Origin: a virus
Length of the DNA: 64,000 nt
Virus record (IMG/VR): IMGVR_UViG_3300007512_000012
Span: 46,938-110,937 of that record
Direction: 5' to 3' (one strand)
The position numbers and the translations under genes are program-made. The stretch's first letter is position 1. Every line of letters starts with the position of its first letter. This document shows, one piece after another, positions 27,261 to 36,581 of this stretch. The notes under the pieces were generated by a model. That model was not told the origin of the DNA, ran no database searches, and worked only from the letters and a program-made list of their open reading frames with translations.

Positions 27261-27995
27261 TCAGGCCGCCTTCGCGATCCCCGCGACGATGTCGGCCATC
27301 TTGGCGAGCTTGTCGGCGGCGGCCGGGGGCACGTCGCCCGCGAGGTGCGGCATGACGTGCGCGGCGGCCCGCGTCAGCGTGGCGAGGCGCTCGGCGTCCT
27401 CGGAGCCCTCCAGCAGCCGGGTCTGGAACTGGAGCACGTCGAGTCCGGCGGCGGCCAGCCGCTCGCCGAGGGTCTTGACGGCCTCGTGATCGCTGGCGGC
27501 GCAGCGGGTCGCGGCACCGTTGATGTCCATGTAGAGCGCGGCGAGCTTCTTGCCGTTCTCCAGGGCCGCCTGCACGCCGGGCCGGGCCGTCTGCCGGTCG
27601 GAGCCGCCGGGCAGCTCGCCGCCCTCCTGCTTCTCGCGCAGCTCGCGGTTCTCCTGCTGGCTGAAGTGGCCGCCCATGTAGGACTCGTCGGCCTCCTGCT
27701 CCTTCGGGCCGGACTTCTCCTCGCCGATCTGCTCGGGGTCCTCGCCGATGTGCTTGCCCTCGTCGAACACGTCGTCACCCGTGAGGGCGGTCTTGCGCTC
27801 GGTGGCGAGCTTCTCGATGTCGATCTCGGCCCGCTTGGCGATGTGGTCCGACAGGAGGTCGCACTGGAAGCCGAACTTCTGCGCGATCTCCGGCTTGATG
27901 CCGAAGGACTCGGCGTTCTTCTGGATGAGATCCGCTGCCTTGTCGAGGATGTTCCCCGCGTCGAGCGCGGCCTGCTTGCTGAGCTTCTGGGCCAT
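27261..27995 (-). CDS. Hypothetical head-region protein
   Basis: GGAGG RBS; KQA and KTA motifs; follows a late-promoter motif. Confidence 0.75.
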   Translation of the reverse strand: MAQKLSKQAALDAGNILDKAADLIQKNAESFGIKPEIAQKFGFQCDLLSDHIAKRAEIDIEKLATERKTALTGDDVFDEGKHIGEDPEQIGEEKSGPKEQEADESYMGGHFSQQENRELREKQEGGELPGGSDRQTARPGVQAALENGKKLAALYMDINGAATRCAASDHEAVKTLGERLAAAGLDVLQFQTRLLEGSEDAERLATLTRAAAHVMPHLAGDVPPAAADKLAKMADIVAGIAKAA

Positions 27996-28057
27996 GTCGG
28001 TGTTTCCTCCGTGTCCGAAACGGGGTGGACAGCACAGGGCGCACGGTCGGCCCTTCG

Positions 28058-28078
28058 CTATAACCCTCCCCGTATAGG
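28058..28078 (-). promoter_or_regulatory. Putative phage late promoter (CCTAT-N12-ATAG)
   Basis: Copy of the 8-copy motif. Confidence 0.7.
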
Positions 28079-28109
28079 AGAAAGATTGAAAAAACTCCCT
28101 GGGTGGTTC

Positions 28110-31100
28110 TCAGGCCACCAGGTCTTGCTCGTCCTCCGAAAGAACCGCTTTTTCCATCGCCGTGAACTCATCAGGCGACATCTGCTCGATTCTTTTTCGC
28201 TCGGCGGGGTCCTTCACATTTTCGAGAAAGTCCCGCTTCCGCTCCTCGGGCGACCGCTCCGGTCGCACTGAAGGGTCGTCCAGCAGCGAGAGGTCTGCCC
28301 CACCGGCCACGGCCCGCAGCACTGCAACCGCCGTGTCCTGCGCGTCGGGCTCCACGTCCATGTCGTCGATGGCGTCGGCCGTCGCCTCGGCCTGTGCCCG
28401 GACCACAGCTTCCCGCGACCGCTTCATGCACTCGGCCTGCGTCTTGCCCTCCTCCAGGCACGCCTGGAGGGCCTCATCGACCGCCGAATCCACGGCCTCG
28501 CGGGTCTTGTCCTCCACCTCGTCCGCCGTCTGGTCGAACAGCTCGGGGAGGTTGGCGGGGTCCCGCTTCTTCCTGGTGATGGCCGCCGCGACGCCCTGCA
28601 CGGTGGTCATGTGCATCACGCCCATGTCGCGGATCATGGCCCGCAGGTACTCCTGCACCTCGGGAGCCATGTCCGGGTTGTCGGCGAGCGCCTTGACCAG
28701 CGGCTCCCACGAGGTGCCCTCGGAGATCGCCGCCAGGCCCTCGTCGTCGAGCTTGCCCATCGCGTCGCGGACAGCCGCCCGGCCCTCCGCCGCGTAGACC
28801 TTCGACGAGTCCTTCAGGAACAACACCTCGGCGTTGCCCTGCTTGACCATCTGCTTGAGCACCAGCTTGAGCTTGCTGTTGAGCGGCTCCCGCACCAGGC
28901 GGCCGTCCGGGTGCTTCGCGTCGAAGTCCTCGTCGTTGAGCACCGCCGCCGCGTGGATGCCGTCGATGATCGCGTTCAGCTCGTCGTGCTCGGGGCTGCC
29001 CTTCTCGAAGTCACCGAGCTTCGCCGCCGCGTCCTCGGCCACCTGCCTTCGCTGGTCCGGGCTCACCCGCCGGTAGAGCTTCATCGCCTGCATCGCCCGT
29101 TCGGTCCGGGCGTCATCGTCGAGCTGCTCGGAGGAGAGGGGCTGGCCGCCGACGTTGGTGGGGTCGAGCAGCAGGGCCTCCTGGGCCTTCGCCTGGACCA
29201 CGGCCTCGGCCAGCTCGTCGATGTCGTCCCCGTCCACGCCCTTGAAGGGGTCCTTCGCGATGTCCTTCATCGCCGACACCGTCACGCCGAAGTCGTCGAA
29301 CAGCTCGCGGAGCTGCTTCATCTCCGCCTTGTACGCCGCATGGAACTCGGCCGAGTCGGCCTTCTCCATGAGCAGCAGAGCCGTCTCCTCCGTGATGACC
29401 TTGTCCCCGTAGAGCTTCTCGGCCAGGTCGGTGATCTCGGCCGTGAACTTCTCCTTGTCGGCCTTCGCCTGCTCCTTCTTCTTGGCCTCGTCCTCCTTGG
29501 CCTTCTCGGCCACGGCTTCCTCGGCCTCCTCCGGGGAGTCGGCGTCGCCCTTCGCGTAGGCCTCGGCCTTCGCCTTCGAGTCCTTGTCCTTGCCGAAGTC
29601 GTTGCGCACCTGGCCCTTCGCGTTCATCGCGTTCCAGGTGCCGTCGTCGGACGGCCACACGTCGCCGGGCTTGCGCTTCTGGCTCGGCTCGCCCTCGGCC
29701 ATCAGCCAGCGGAGAGCGACGCGGTTGGCGGCCAGGGTCGCCCGCTTCTTGTAGTTGTTGCTCAGGTCCCGGTCGCCGTCCGCCCCGAAGCCCTCGATGT
29801 CCGGGTCGTCCTCCTTCATCCGGTTCCGGCGGAGATCGCGACGCGGGGGCTTCTTCGTGGGGTTGCGGCGGTTGAGGCGCTCGACCTCCTCCTCTTCCTT
29901 CTCGGCCTTCGACTTCGTGGCCCGCCGGGTCATCAGGGTGTGCCCCTGCTCCCGACCTGTCTCCACGAACCCTCGCTGCTTGAGCATCCGAACCGCGTGC
30001 GGGTTCACCGCATCGAGGCAGAACTGGATGTCGGGGAACGGCTCGACCAGGTCGTCGTACTGGCTGATGGCGATGTCCATCAGCTTCCCTCCGAGCCCCC
30101 TTCGCTGCCAGCCATCCGGGTCCACGACGATGTCGAAGGCGTAGCACTCCTGGTCACCCGAATCCGACGAGTCGAACAAGGCAGCCACGAGCTTGCCCCC
30201 GGCCTCGTACCCCGCCACGAAGTCCATGTGCGACAAGATGTTGATCCCGGCCTTCTGTGCCAGCTTCCACGGGTCGGAACCTCGCGGAGCCCGCCAGACC
30301 AGGCGGGGAGACGCCCCCTCGACGAACCACCTGGCGGCCAGGCGACGGGTGGCCTGCTTGTAGAGCTGCCGCTTGCCGATGAGCTGCCAGGACAGGCCGA
30401 TCTTCCCGTCCTCTGCGTTGCCGAGGTAGCCCGCCCCCTGAAGCTCGGTGACCACGTCGGGCATCACCGGGTAGCCCCGCCAGGTGAACGTGCCGTCGTC
30501 CGCCACCAGGATGTGCTCGGCACCCCCGGCGGCCCGGTCCATGTCGTTGATGAGCGCCCACTCGTAGGCGGTCAGGCTGGAGATCAGCCCCTCGAAGCCC
30601 ACCAGGCTGACCAGCGGGTCCGGGCTGGTGTAGCCCACCTCCTCCGGCCAGGCGTTGTAGATGGAGATGATGGCGACCTTGTCGGCCGCGAGGCGCATCG
30701 GGTGACGAAGACCGTAGACGCCGTGCGCCCGGTTCCGCCGCTTCTCCGACTGCATCGAGCCCTTCGCCATGCTGTACCACTGGCGGCCGGTCCGCCAGAC
30801 GTAGCCGATGAGCCCGCCGCCGAGGTCCTTCTCGGGGTCCTCGTTCACGCTGGTCATCTCGGACTCGCCCCACCCGAAGACCGCGACGATCTCGTCGGCT
30901 CGGCCGAGGATCTGCCGCAGGCCCCACGAGAGCCGCCCCTGCTTGTCGAGCTTCTCCTTGACCGTGCCGTCCCGCATGAAGGTGTCTTCGAGGCCCGGCA
31001 CGAGGTACTGGCTGCGGAGCGTGCTGGCCTCGTGCCCCACCTCCTTGGCCGCCTCATCGAGCGCCTGCTGGAACTCCTTCTTGAGCTTCTGCTCCCGCTC

Positions 31101-34100
31101 CTTCTTGTCGGTCGGGAGCTTGCCGCCCTTGCCCCGGATGGCCTTGAGCCGGGTCTGGACTTCGCGGTTGGCGTGCAGCCCCCGGATGTCCTTCGCGGTG
31201 ATGCCGTGGGGCTTCAGGTAGGCGTTCACGTCGCCTGCCTCGACGCCCTCGAACACGGGGTCGGTGCCGGACTTGCCCTTCAGGGCCTCGCGGAGCCCGC
31301 TGACCAGGCCGGAGTCGCTGGTGGTCTTCGTCTGGCTCACCCCGGACTTGCCGACGTACTTGATGGTCGCCTTGCCGCCGGAGAGGGTGACGTGCTTCGC
31401 CTGCCAGCCGGTGACCCCGAAGTGGCCGTCCTTCGCCGAACCGGGGTTGCCGACCCGCTCGTAGGTGTCGTTCATCAGGCCCACGGCCAGGGCGCACAGC
31501 CGGGTCTTCTCGTCCTTCGACTTGAGGTCCTTGCCGATCTGGCCGCGCAGCTTGTCGAGGTTCTGCCGGAGCTTCTCGACCTTCTTCGCCTTCTCGCGGT
31601 TGCGGTGCTGGACCTGGCCCTCGCTGTACTCGTAGACCGTGACCTGCTCGCCCTTCTGGTTCTTGACCTTCTTCTTCGTGCCCTTGGCCGCCGTCTTCAG
31701 GCCGCCGGGCAGGGTCGGTGCCCGGAGCACGGCGATGACGTTGCCGGAGGAGGGGAAGTCGCGCGCGAGGCTCTTCCACACCCGCCCGGCAGCGGTGCTG
31801 GTGCCGGAGCCGCCGGAGCACTCGTAGGGCATGAACAGGAAGGGGCCGACCTTCTTGAACCACTCGACCATGACGGCCAGGTACATCGCCTTGCCGATGC
31901 CGAGGCCCTGCTTGCTCTCGTCGGTGATGAACGCCTTGTAGACCTGGAGGGCTCGGGTGTTCGTCCGCTCCTCCCCGTCGCTCGCCACCCACCGAGGTCG
32001 GCTGGTGTCCTCGACCTGCGGGTACTTCGCCAGCAGCTTCAGGACATCCCGCCCACACGTCTCCCGCTCGGGGTAGCGCATCACGCTGGCGTGGAGCCCG
32101 CCGATGGGGGCTCGGCCGTAGTAGACGCCTGCGAGGATGGCGTCGCTGTCGGACTTGACCCGGTACTTGACCTTGTTGCCCTCGTGCTCCATCAGCGGGG
32201 TGTTCGGGCCGAACCGCTGCGCGTACCGGGAGGCCACCCGGTCCACGAGCATCCTGTGGATCTCGACCTCGCCCGCTTCACCGCGAGGCAGGGCCGGGCG
32301 GCCCTGGCCGTAGAGCGGCATCGTGCTGTCCACCGGAGACGGCTGCGTCTCGGCCAGCAGGTGCAACGGAACGATCGTCTCCTCCTCCCCGGACGCCTGC
32401 ACGGCGTCGGCGAACTGCCTGTTGAACAGCAGGGCGAGGGAGTCGATGGGGACGCTCTTCGTGATGTCGTCGGCACCGACTTCGAGGACGACGCGGTGCA
32501 TGGTCGCCTGGTTGTAGCGGTCGCACAGCCGCCGGATGGCCGCGTTGGCCTCCTTCGACTGCCCCACAGCGTCCACAGCCTCGTTGAGCGAGTCCTGCAC
32601 CATCTGCGCGAGGGCGTCCTCGGTCAGCTCGCCGCCCACCTTGCTGACGCCGAACCGGGCTTCGAGCTTCTTGTCGAGCAGCTTGGTGGCCTCGGCGACC
32701 ACCTTCTTCGCGAAGATGTAGCCGGGCGGGGGCGGGATCGCGACGTACATGGCGGCGTTGATGCCGCCCTTCATCACCTCGCGGATGAGCAGCCGAGCGA
32801 TGCGGGCACGCTCCTTCGGGTCTGGCACGTCGCCCTTGAGGAGCTTCGCCACCCCGGAGGCCACGTCCTTGCCCCGCTCGACCTTCCGCTTGATGACCTT
32901 CTTCGCGATAGCCGCTGCACCGCTGACGGCCGACCGCAGCTTCCCGCGCTTCGGCTTGTCATCCTCGGCCTCGGGCGCGTCGTCGGTGACGGTGTGGTTC
33001 TTCGGGTCAGCTCCAGGGTGCTCCCGCAGGTACTCCTTGCGGGCCTCGTCCGTGCCGAACTCACGAGCGGACTTCTCCGCCTTGTCGCGGGCGGCCTGGT
33101 CCTTGTCGTAACGGACCTTGAAGAGCTTGACCTCCTTCTTGGCCCCCTGCCCGCCCTGGTCCTTCTTCGGACGCTTGCGAACGATGACCGTGGGGTCGCC
33201 CTTCTCGTTCTCGCCGAAACCCTCGATGCGGCCGGGGCTGTTGAGGTACTTGCCCGTGAACAGCGGGTCGCCGATCTCCAGCTCGAACTTCTTCGCCGTG
33301 CGGGACAGCGGGTACGTCTCGGGCTTCGCCATCCCCCACACCGCCAGGCCCTCGACCGTCCACGAACCCGTGGGCACCTGGCCCTCGTACTTCGAGTCGA
33401 GCCCGTCCAGGTAGGCGAGGGTGATGTGCGGGTTGTAGATGAGGAGCGAGCGGTCCTTCAGGGCGAACCCGGCATCGGTCAGCCGAACCCGGATGCCGTC
33501 TCGAAGCTGGTCCATGTACCCGTCGAACCGCACCGGGCAGTACGCCACTCGGCGTTCCTTCTCCGGGTGCTCGAAGTAGTCGAGGGGCTGGATGGTGGCC
33601 CGCATCGGCCGGTACTGGCTGGCCTCGGCCTGCACGGCTGCCAGGAACTCGGCCTCTCGCCCGCGCACGTCCCCCACGTAGAGCAGCGTGCAGTGGGGCG
33701 GGCTGTCGTCCTCGTCGCCGAGGCTCGGGAACTTCGCGGCCAACTCCTCCGGCAGCGGGAGCATCAGCCCCACCTTCGCCCCGGAGCCCTTCACGGCCGC
33801 CGTGCGAGCTGCCTTCCAGCCCTGGCTCCGCCGCTCGTCGGTCGGCAGGCCGACCTCCTGGCCGGAGTCGAAGCCGATGTAGGCCCACCCGTCGCCCGCC
33901 TCGATGCTCGTCACCTGGTCGCCCTCATCGGGGAACCAGGTCGGGGCCATCGCCGCCGTGCGGCCACCCTGAAGGTCGAGCCTGACGCGCTGCGTCAGCC
34001 GCCGCTTGTCGGTCACGAGGGACGGACTGTCGAGCAGGTGACGGCGAGCCAGGTCGGTGACCTGGCTGATCTGGCCGCCCCGGAGCCCGAACTCCTTGAT

Positions 34101-36527
34101 GAGCGACCGCATGTCCAGCACCTTGCCGGGCTGCTTGAGGGCCGCGATGAACTGGTCGGTGGCGTCAAACGACAGGTCCACCGCGATCTCCCGCAGGCGG
34201 GCGACCTGGTAGCGGTCGAGGAACCCGAGCCGCTTCCCGCTCGGGAGCCCCATGTCCATCATCGCGAACAGGGCATCCGAGCGCGTCTCATCGGCCACGT
34301 TGAACAGGGCGTTCGCCATCGCCCCGTTGCTCTGCGCGATGTCCTTGATCTCGTCGAGCAGCCCGAGCCGCTGCATCTCCTCCAGAGCCTTCTTCGCAGT
34401 GGGCTCCCGCAGGAGATCGACGAGCATGGTGCTCAGGTGGCCCGGCTTGATGTTCTTGAGCTTGCCCTTGTGCCGCCGGATGGCCGCCTCGGTGTCGGGC
34501 GTCAGCTTGAAGCCGTACTTCACGATGAACTTGATGGCCCGGACCATGCGGGTCGCGTCGTCGGTGAAGGTCTTGTCCGGGCTGGACGGGCACTTCATCG
34601 AGCCCGCCGCCAGGTCGGCGAGCCCGCACCCGGTCAGGTCGATGATCTCGGCCTTGTCCGGGCCGTTCGCCAGGTCTTGCAGCCGCCACATCAGCGTGTT
34701 GTGGACCACCACCCCGTTCGCCACGAAAGCAGGCTCGACCCCCTCGCCCATCGAGATGTCGAATACGTCCTGCTGCCCCGCATCCTCAACCGACGTGACC
34801 TCGACGTACTGGTAACCGAGGTCGAACAACCGCTGGAGCTTGGCAAACTCGTCCGGGCTGATGGCCTTGAGGCTCGCCAGGAACCCGTCGAAACCCCCTC
34901 GGGCATGAGCATCGTGGAGAAGCCGCTGAACCTTCCGAACAGGCTCATGGACATCGGGGAGGGTTCTGAACCCATCCCCGTCCGTGGCGTAGACGGCCCG
35001 GCTGGTGTCCTGCTTCCGCCCGGCAAGGAACCCCCGAATGTACTCTGCGGGGATGCCGTAGCGGTTGCGGGCTTTGTTGTCCCGCCGGGTGTAATCGAAC
35101 CCCTTGGTGACCATCCACGGTTGGATTTTCTCCCACAGGAGAGCCGAATCCACAGCGTTGATGTAGACGAACCTGCCCTTCACCTTGCTCAAAATGCCGT
35201 GAGCACCGAGAAGCACCTGCAACTGCTGGCGAACATGGGGGGACGCCGAGCAGTAGGTGATACGCCCCGTCTCGGGCCGGATCGAGCCGTCACCCTCCAG
35301 ATAGGCCGCAAGAAACGCCCACTGACTTCGCTCGTCAGCTTGCAGGATGGACCACGGGACGATCTTGTGGTGGGAGGCTGACTTGCCGTCCTTGGACCCC
35401 CCGCAGTACAGGCCGAGGTCTTCCAGCCATCCGACCACGGCCTTGCTGTCGGCGTAGATGTCGTAGCCGTCTGCGCTGGCGACAAACTCCACCCCACGCA
35501 AGATGCGGACGGACCCCTTCTCGACCACCTTGTTGCGGGAGGGCTGGAACCCGAAGGTGGCGTGGAAGCACTCGACGTAGTGGGAGATGAGGGCTGGATC
35601 AGAGTTGCTGAACGACACCCGCTTGTGGGTGTTCGACCCCTCGGCCACGATGCACCCGATCAGGAACGCCAGTTCGGGCGTCATCCTCTCAGGCTTGCGG
35701 ACATCCTTGAGTCGCCCACGCTTGGGCTGTACCGGATCGGGCAGGTCGAGAGCAAGGGGCGTCCGCCTCGCCACCTGCCGCACGGGCACACAGAGCAGGT
35801 CACCTTCCTCAAGCTGGTCCGCCTGAACCCACTCGTGGTCGTGGCCCCGAAGGACCAGAACCGGATGGTGGGGCGTGCAGGAGAAAGAATGACCCCACTC
35901 AGTCGTCACCCGCAGGGTGGGGGCGTAGCCGCTGTACTGCCACCCCACAGCAGTCGAAGGGCCGTCCTGCCCCGCCACGGTCAACCGGATGTCCTGATGA
36001 TCCCCCCCGTCACGAGAGGCGATCTGGTCGATGCGGAGGATGCCCTTCTCAGTAGGGATTAGGGTGTCCCCGGCCATGCAGTTGAAGGTGAACTCGCGGC
36101 GACGGGCGTCGTCCTCGATGGTCGCCTTCTCGACGTGCGTGGGCTTGTACCCGCCGTCCGTGTAGGACTCGATGCGGGCGTTGGCGATCTCGATGTCCTC
36201 GCCCTGGAGGTTCTCCTCCCCGAGCATCCAGTCGCCCACGATGTGCAGCAGGGCGACGCCGTAGTCGTTGGTCTGGATGCGGGTCTTCGCGGGGATGGCC
36301 TTGGCGACCTCCTTGGCGAACCAGTCGGAGTCCTTGCCGCGCAGGGCCACCGAGTCGATGACCACGTCGATGTCCTTGATCGGGCGGCGGATGACGAAGT
36401 TGCGGACGGCCCCGCCCACGACGTAGACGTGCCTGCCGACCCCCAGGCGCTTCGCCAGGTCCGACAAGAACTTCATCAGCGCCAGGGACGCCGAGCTGCT
36501 CATCGCGATGTGGGTCGGCACTGCCAC
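28110..36527 (-). CDS. 2805-aa multi-enzyme polyprotein: CCA-type nucleotidyltransferase with intein, 2H phosphoesterase, GNAT, topoisomerase IB, GNAT and unknown domains
   Basis: VGGAVRN/KDIDV/RRREFTFN/DDATRMVRAIKF; HCTL and HITL; KQGLGIG; ERVGN/GKSG/KDIR/VGH/RSQY; QRRGLGG. Confidence 0.88.
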   Translation of the reverse strand: MAVPTHIAMSSSASLALMKFLSDLAKRLGVGRHVYVVGGAVRNFVIRRPIKDIDVVIDSVALRGKDSDWFAKEVAKAIPAKTRIQTNDYGVALLHIVGDWMLGEENLQGEDIEIANARIESYTDGGYKPTHVEKATIEDDARRREFTFNCMAGDTLIPTEKGILRIDQIASRDGGDHQDIRLTVAGQDGPSTAVGWQYSGYAPTLRVTTEWGHSFSCTPHHPVLVLRGHDHEWVQADQLEEGDLLCVPVRQVARRTPLALDLPDPVQPKRGRLKDVRKPERMTPELAFLIGCIVAEGSNTHKRVSFSNSDPALISHYVECFHATFGFQPSRNKVVEKGSVRILRGVEFVASADGYDIYADSKAVVGWLEDLGLYCGGSKDGKSASHHKIVPWSILQADERSQWAFLAAYLEGDGSIRPETGRITYCSASPHVRQQLQVLLGAHGILSKVKGRFVYINAVDSALLWEKIQPWMVTKGFDYTRRDNKARNRYGIPAEYIRGFLAGRKQDTSRAVYATDGDGFRTLPDVHEPVRKVQRLLHDAHARGGFDGFLASLKAISPDEFAKLQRLFDLGYQYVEVTSVEDAGQQDVFDISMGEGVEPAFVANGVVVHNTLMWRLQDLANGPDKAEIIDLTGCGLADLAAGSMKCPSSPDKTFTDDATRMVRAIKFIVKYGFKLTPDTEAAIRRHKGKLKNIKPGHLSTMLVDLLREPTAKKALEEMQRLGLLDEIKDIAQSNGAMANALFNVADETRSDALFAMMDMGLPSGKRLGFLDRYQVARLREIAVDLSFDATDQFIAALKQPGKVLDMRSLIKEFGLRGGQISQVTDLARRHLLDSPSLVTDKRRLTQRVRLDLQGGRTAAMAPTWFPDEGDQVTSIEAGDGWAYIGFDSGQEVGLPTDERRSQGWKAARTAAVKGSGAKVGLMLPLPEELAAKFPSLGDEDDSPPHCTLLYVGDVRGREAEFLAAVQAEASQYRPMRATIQPLDYFEHPEKERRVAYCPVRFDGYMDQLRDGIRVRLTDAGFALKDRSLLIYNPHITLAYLDGLDSKYEGQVPTGSWTVEGLAVWGMAKPETYPLSRTAKKFELEIGDPLFTGKYLNSPGRIEGFGENEKGDPTVIVRKRPKKDQGGQGAKKEVKLFKVRYDKDQAARDKAEKSAREFGTDEARKEYLREHPGADPKNHTVTDDAPEAEDDKPKRGKLRSAVSGAAAIAKKVIKRKVERGKDVASGVAKLLKGDVPDPKERARIARLLIREVMKGGINAAMYVAIPPPPGYIFAKKVVAEATKLLDKKLEARFGVSKVGGELTEDALAQMVQDSLNEAVDAVGQSKEANAAIRRLCDRYNQATMHRVVLEVGADDITKSVPIDSLALLFNRQFADAVQASGEEETIVPLHLLAETQPSPVDSTMPLYGQGRPALPRGEAGEVEIHRMLVDRVASRYAQRFGPNTPLMEHEGNKVKYRVKSDSDAILAGVYYGRAPIGGLHASVMRYPERETCGRDVLKLLAKYPQVEDTSRPRWVASDGEERTNTRALQVYKAFITDESKQGLGIGKAMYLAVMVEWFKKVGPFLFMPYECSGGSGTSTAAGRVWKSLARDFPSSGNVIAVLRAPTLPGGLKTAAKGTKKKVKNQKGEQVTVYEYSEGQVQHRNREKAKKVEKLRQNLDKLRGQIGKDLKSKDEKTRLCALAVGLMNDTYERVGNPGSAKDGHFGVTGWQAKHVTLSGGKATIKYVGKSGVSQTKTTSDSGLVSGLREALKGKSGTDPVFEGVEAGDVNAYLKPHGITAKDIRGLHANREVQTRLKAIRGKGGKLPTDKKEREQKLKKEFQQALDEAAKEVGHEASTLRSQYLVPGLEDTFMRDGTVKEKLDKQGRLSWGLRQILGRADEIVAVFGWGESEMTSVNEDPEKDLGGGLIGYVWRTGRQWYSMAKGSMQSEKRRNRAHGVYGLRHPMRLAADKVAIISIYNAWPEEVGYTSPDPLVSLVGFEGLISSLTAYEWALINDMDRAAGGAEHILVADDGTFTWRGYPVMPDVVTELQGAGYLGNAEDGKIGLSWQLIGKRQLYKQATRRLAARWFVEGASPRLVWRAPRGSDPWKLAQKAGINILSHMDFVAGYEAGGKLVAALFDSSDSGDQECYAFDIVVDPDGWQRRGLGGKLMDIAISQYDDLVEPFPDIQFCLDAVNPHAVRMLKQRGFVETGREQGHTLMTRRATKSKAEKEEEEVERLNRRNPTKKPPRRDLRRNRMKEDDPDIEGFGADGDRDLSNNYKKRATLAANRVALRWLMAEGEPSQKRKPGDVWPSDDGTWNAMNAKGQVRNDFGKDKDSKAKAEAYAKGDADSPEEAEEAVAEKAKEDEAKKKEQAKADKEKFTAEITDLAEKLYGDKVITEETALLLMEKADSAEFHAAYKAEMKQLRELFDDFGVTVSAMKDIAKDPFKGVDGDDIDELAEAVVQAKAQEALLLDPTNVGGQPLSSEQLDDDARTERAMQAMKLYRRVSPDQRRQVAEDAAAKLGDFEKGSPEHDELNAIIDGIHAAAVLNDEDFDAKHPDGRLVREPLNSKLKLVLKQMVKQGNAEVLFLKDSSKVYAAEGRAAVRDAMGKLDDEGLAAISEGTSWEPLVKALADNPDMAPEVQEYLRAMIRDMGVMHMTTVQGVAAAITRKKRDPANLPELFDQTADEVEDKTREAVDSAVDEALQACLEEGKTQAECMKRSREAVVRAQAEATADAIDDMDVEPDAQDTAVAVLRAVAGGADLSLLDDPSVRPERSPEERKRDFLENVKDPAERKRIEQMSPDEFTAMEKAVLSEDEQDLVA
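34698..36080 (-). mobile_element. Intein (461 aa) with LAGLIDADG homing endonuclease
   Basis: Starts CMAGDT, block B TPHHPV, LIGCIVAEGS and LAAYLEGDGS, ends FVANGVVVHN followed by Thr; more A/T at third codon positions than the flanks. Confidence 0.93.
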
Positions 36528-36545
36528 CAGTCGCTCCTACGTCTT

Positions 36546-36566
36546 CTGTCGAAGACGGTTCATAGG
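36546..36566 (-). promoter_or_regulatory. Putative phage late promoter variant (CCTAT-N12-ACAG)
   Basis: Copy directly upstream of the polyprotein; upstream gcggtcgtttg nearly identical to the 8087 copy. Confidence 0.6.
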
Positions 36567-36581
36567 CAAACGACCGCCCGC

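Noticed and set aside
30945-31688. Topo IB domain as the invertase for the 20074-20190 inversion
   Set aside because: Motifs fit topoisomerase IB (KDxR, GH...Y) rather than a tyrosine recombinase (HxLR); nothing links it to the repeat
28611-35381. Very long plus-strand ORFs (2256 aa here; also 1729..5250, 41878..44826, 50359..53136)
   Set aside because: Antisense shadows of high-GC minus-strand genes: no motifs, and composition is typical of reverse-complemented biased codons
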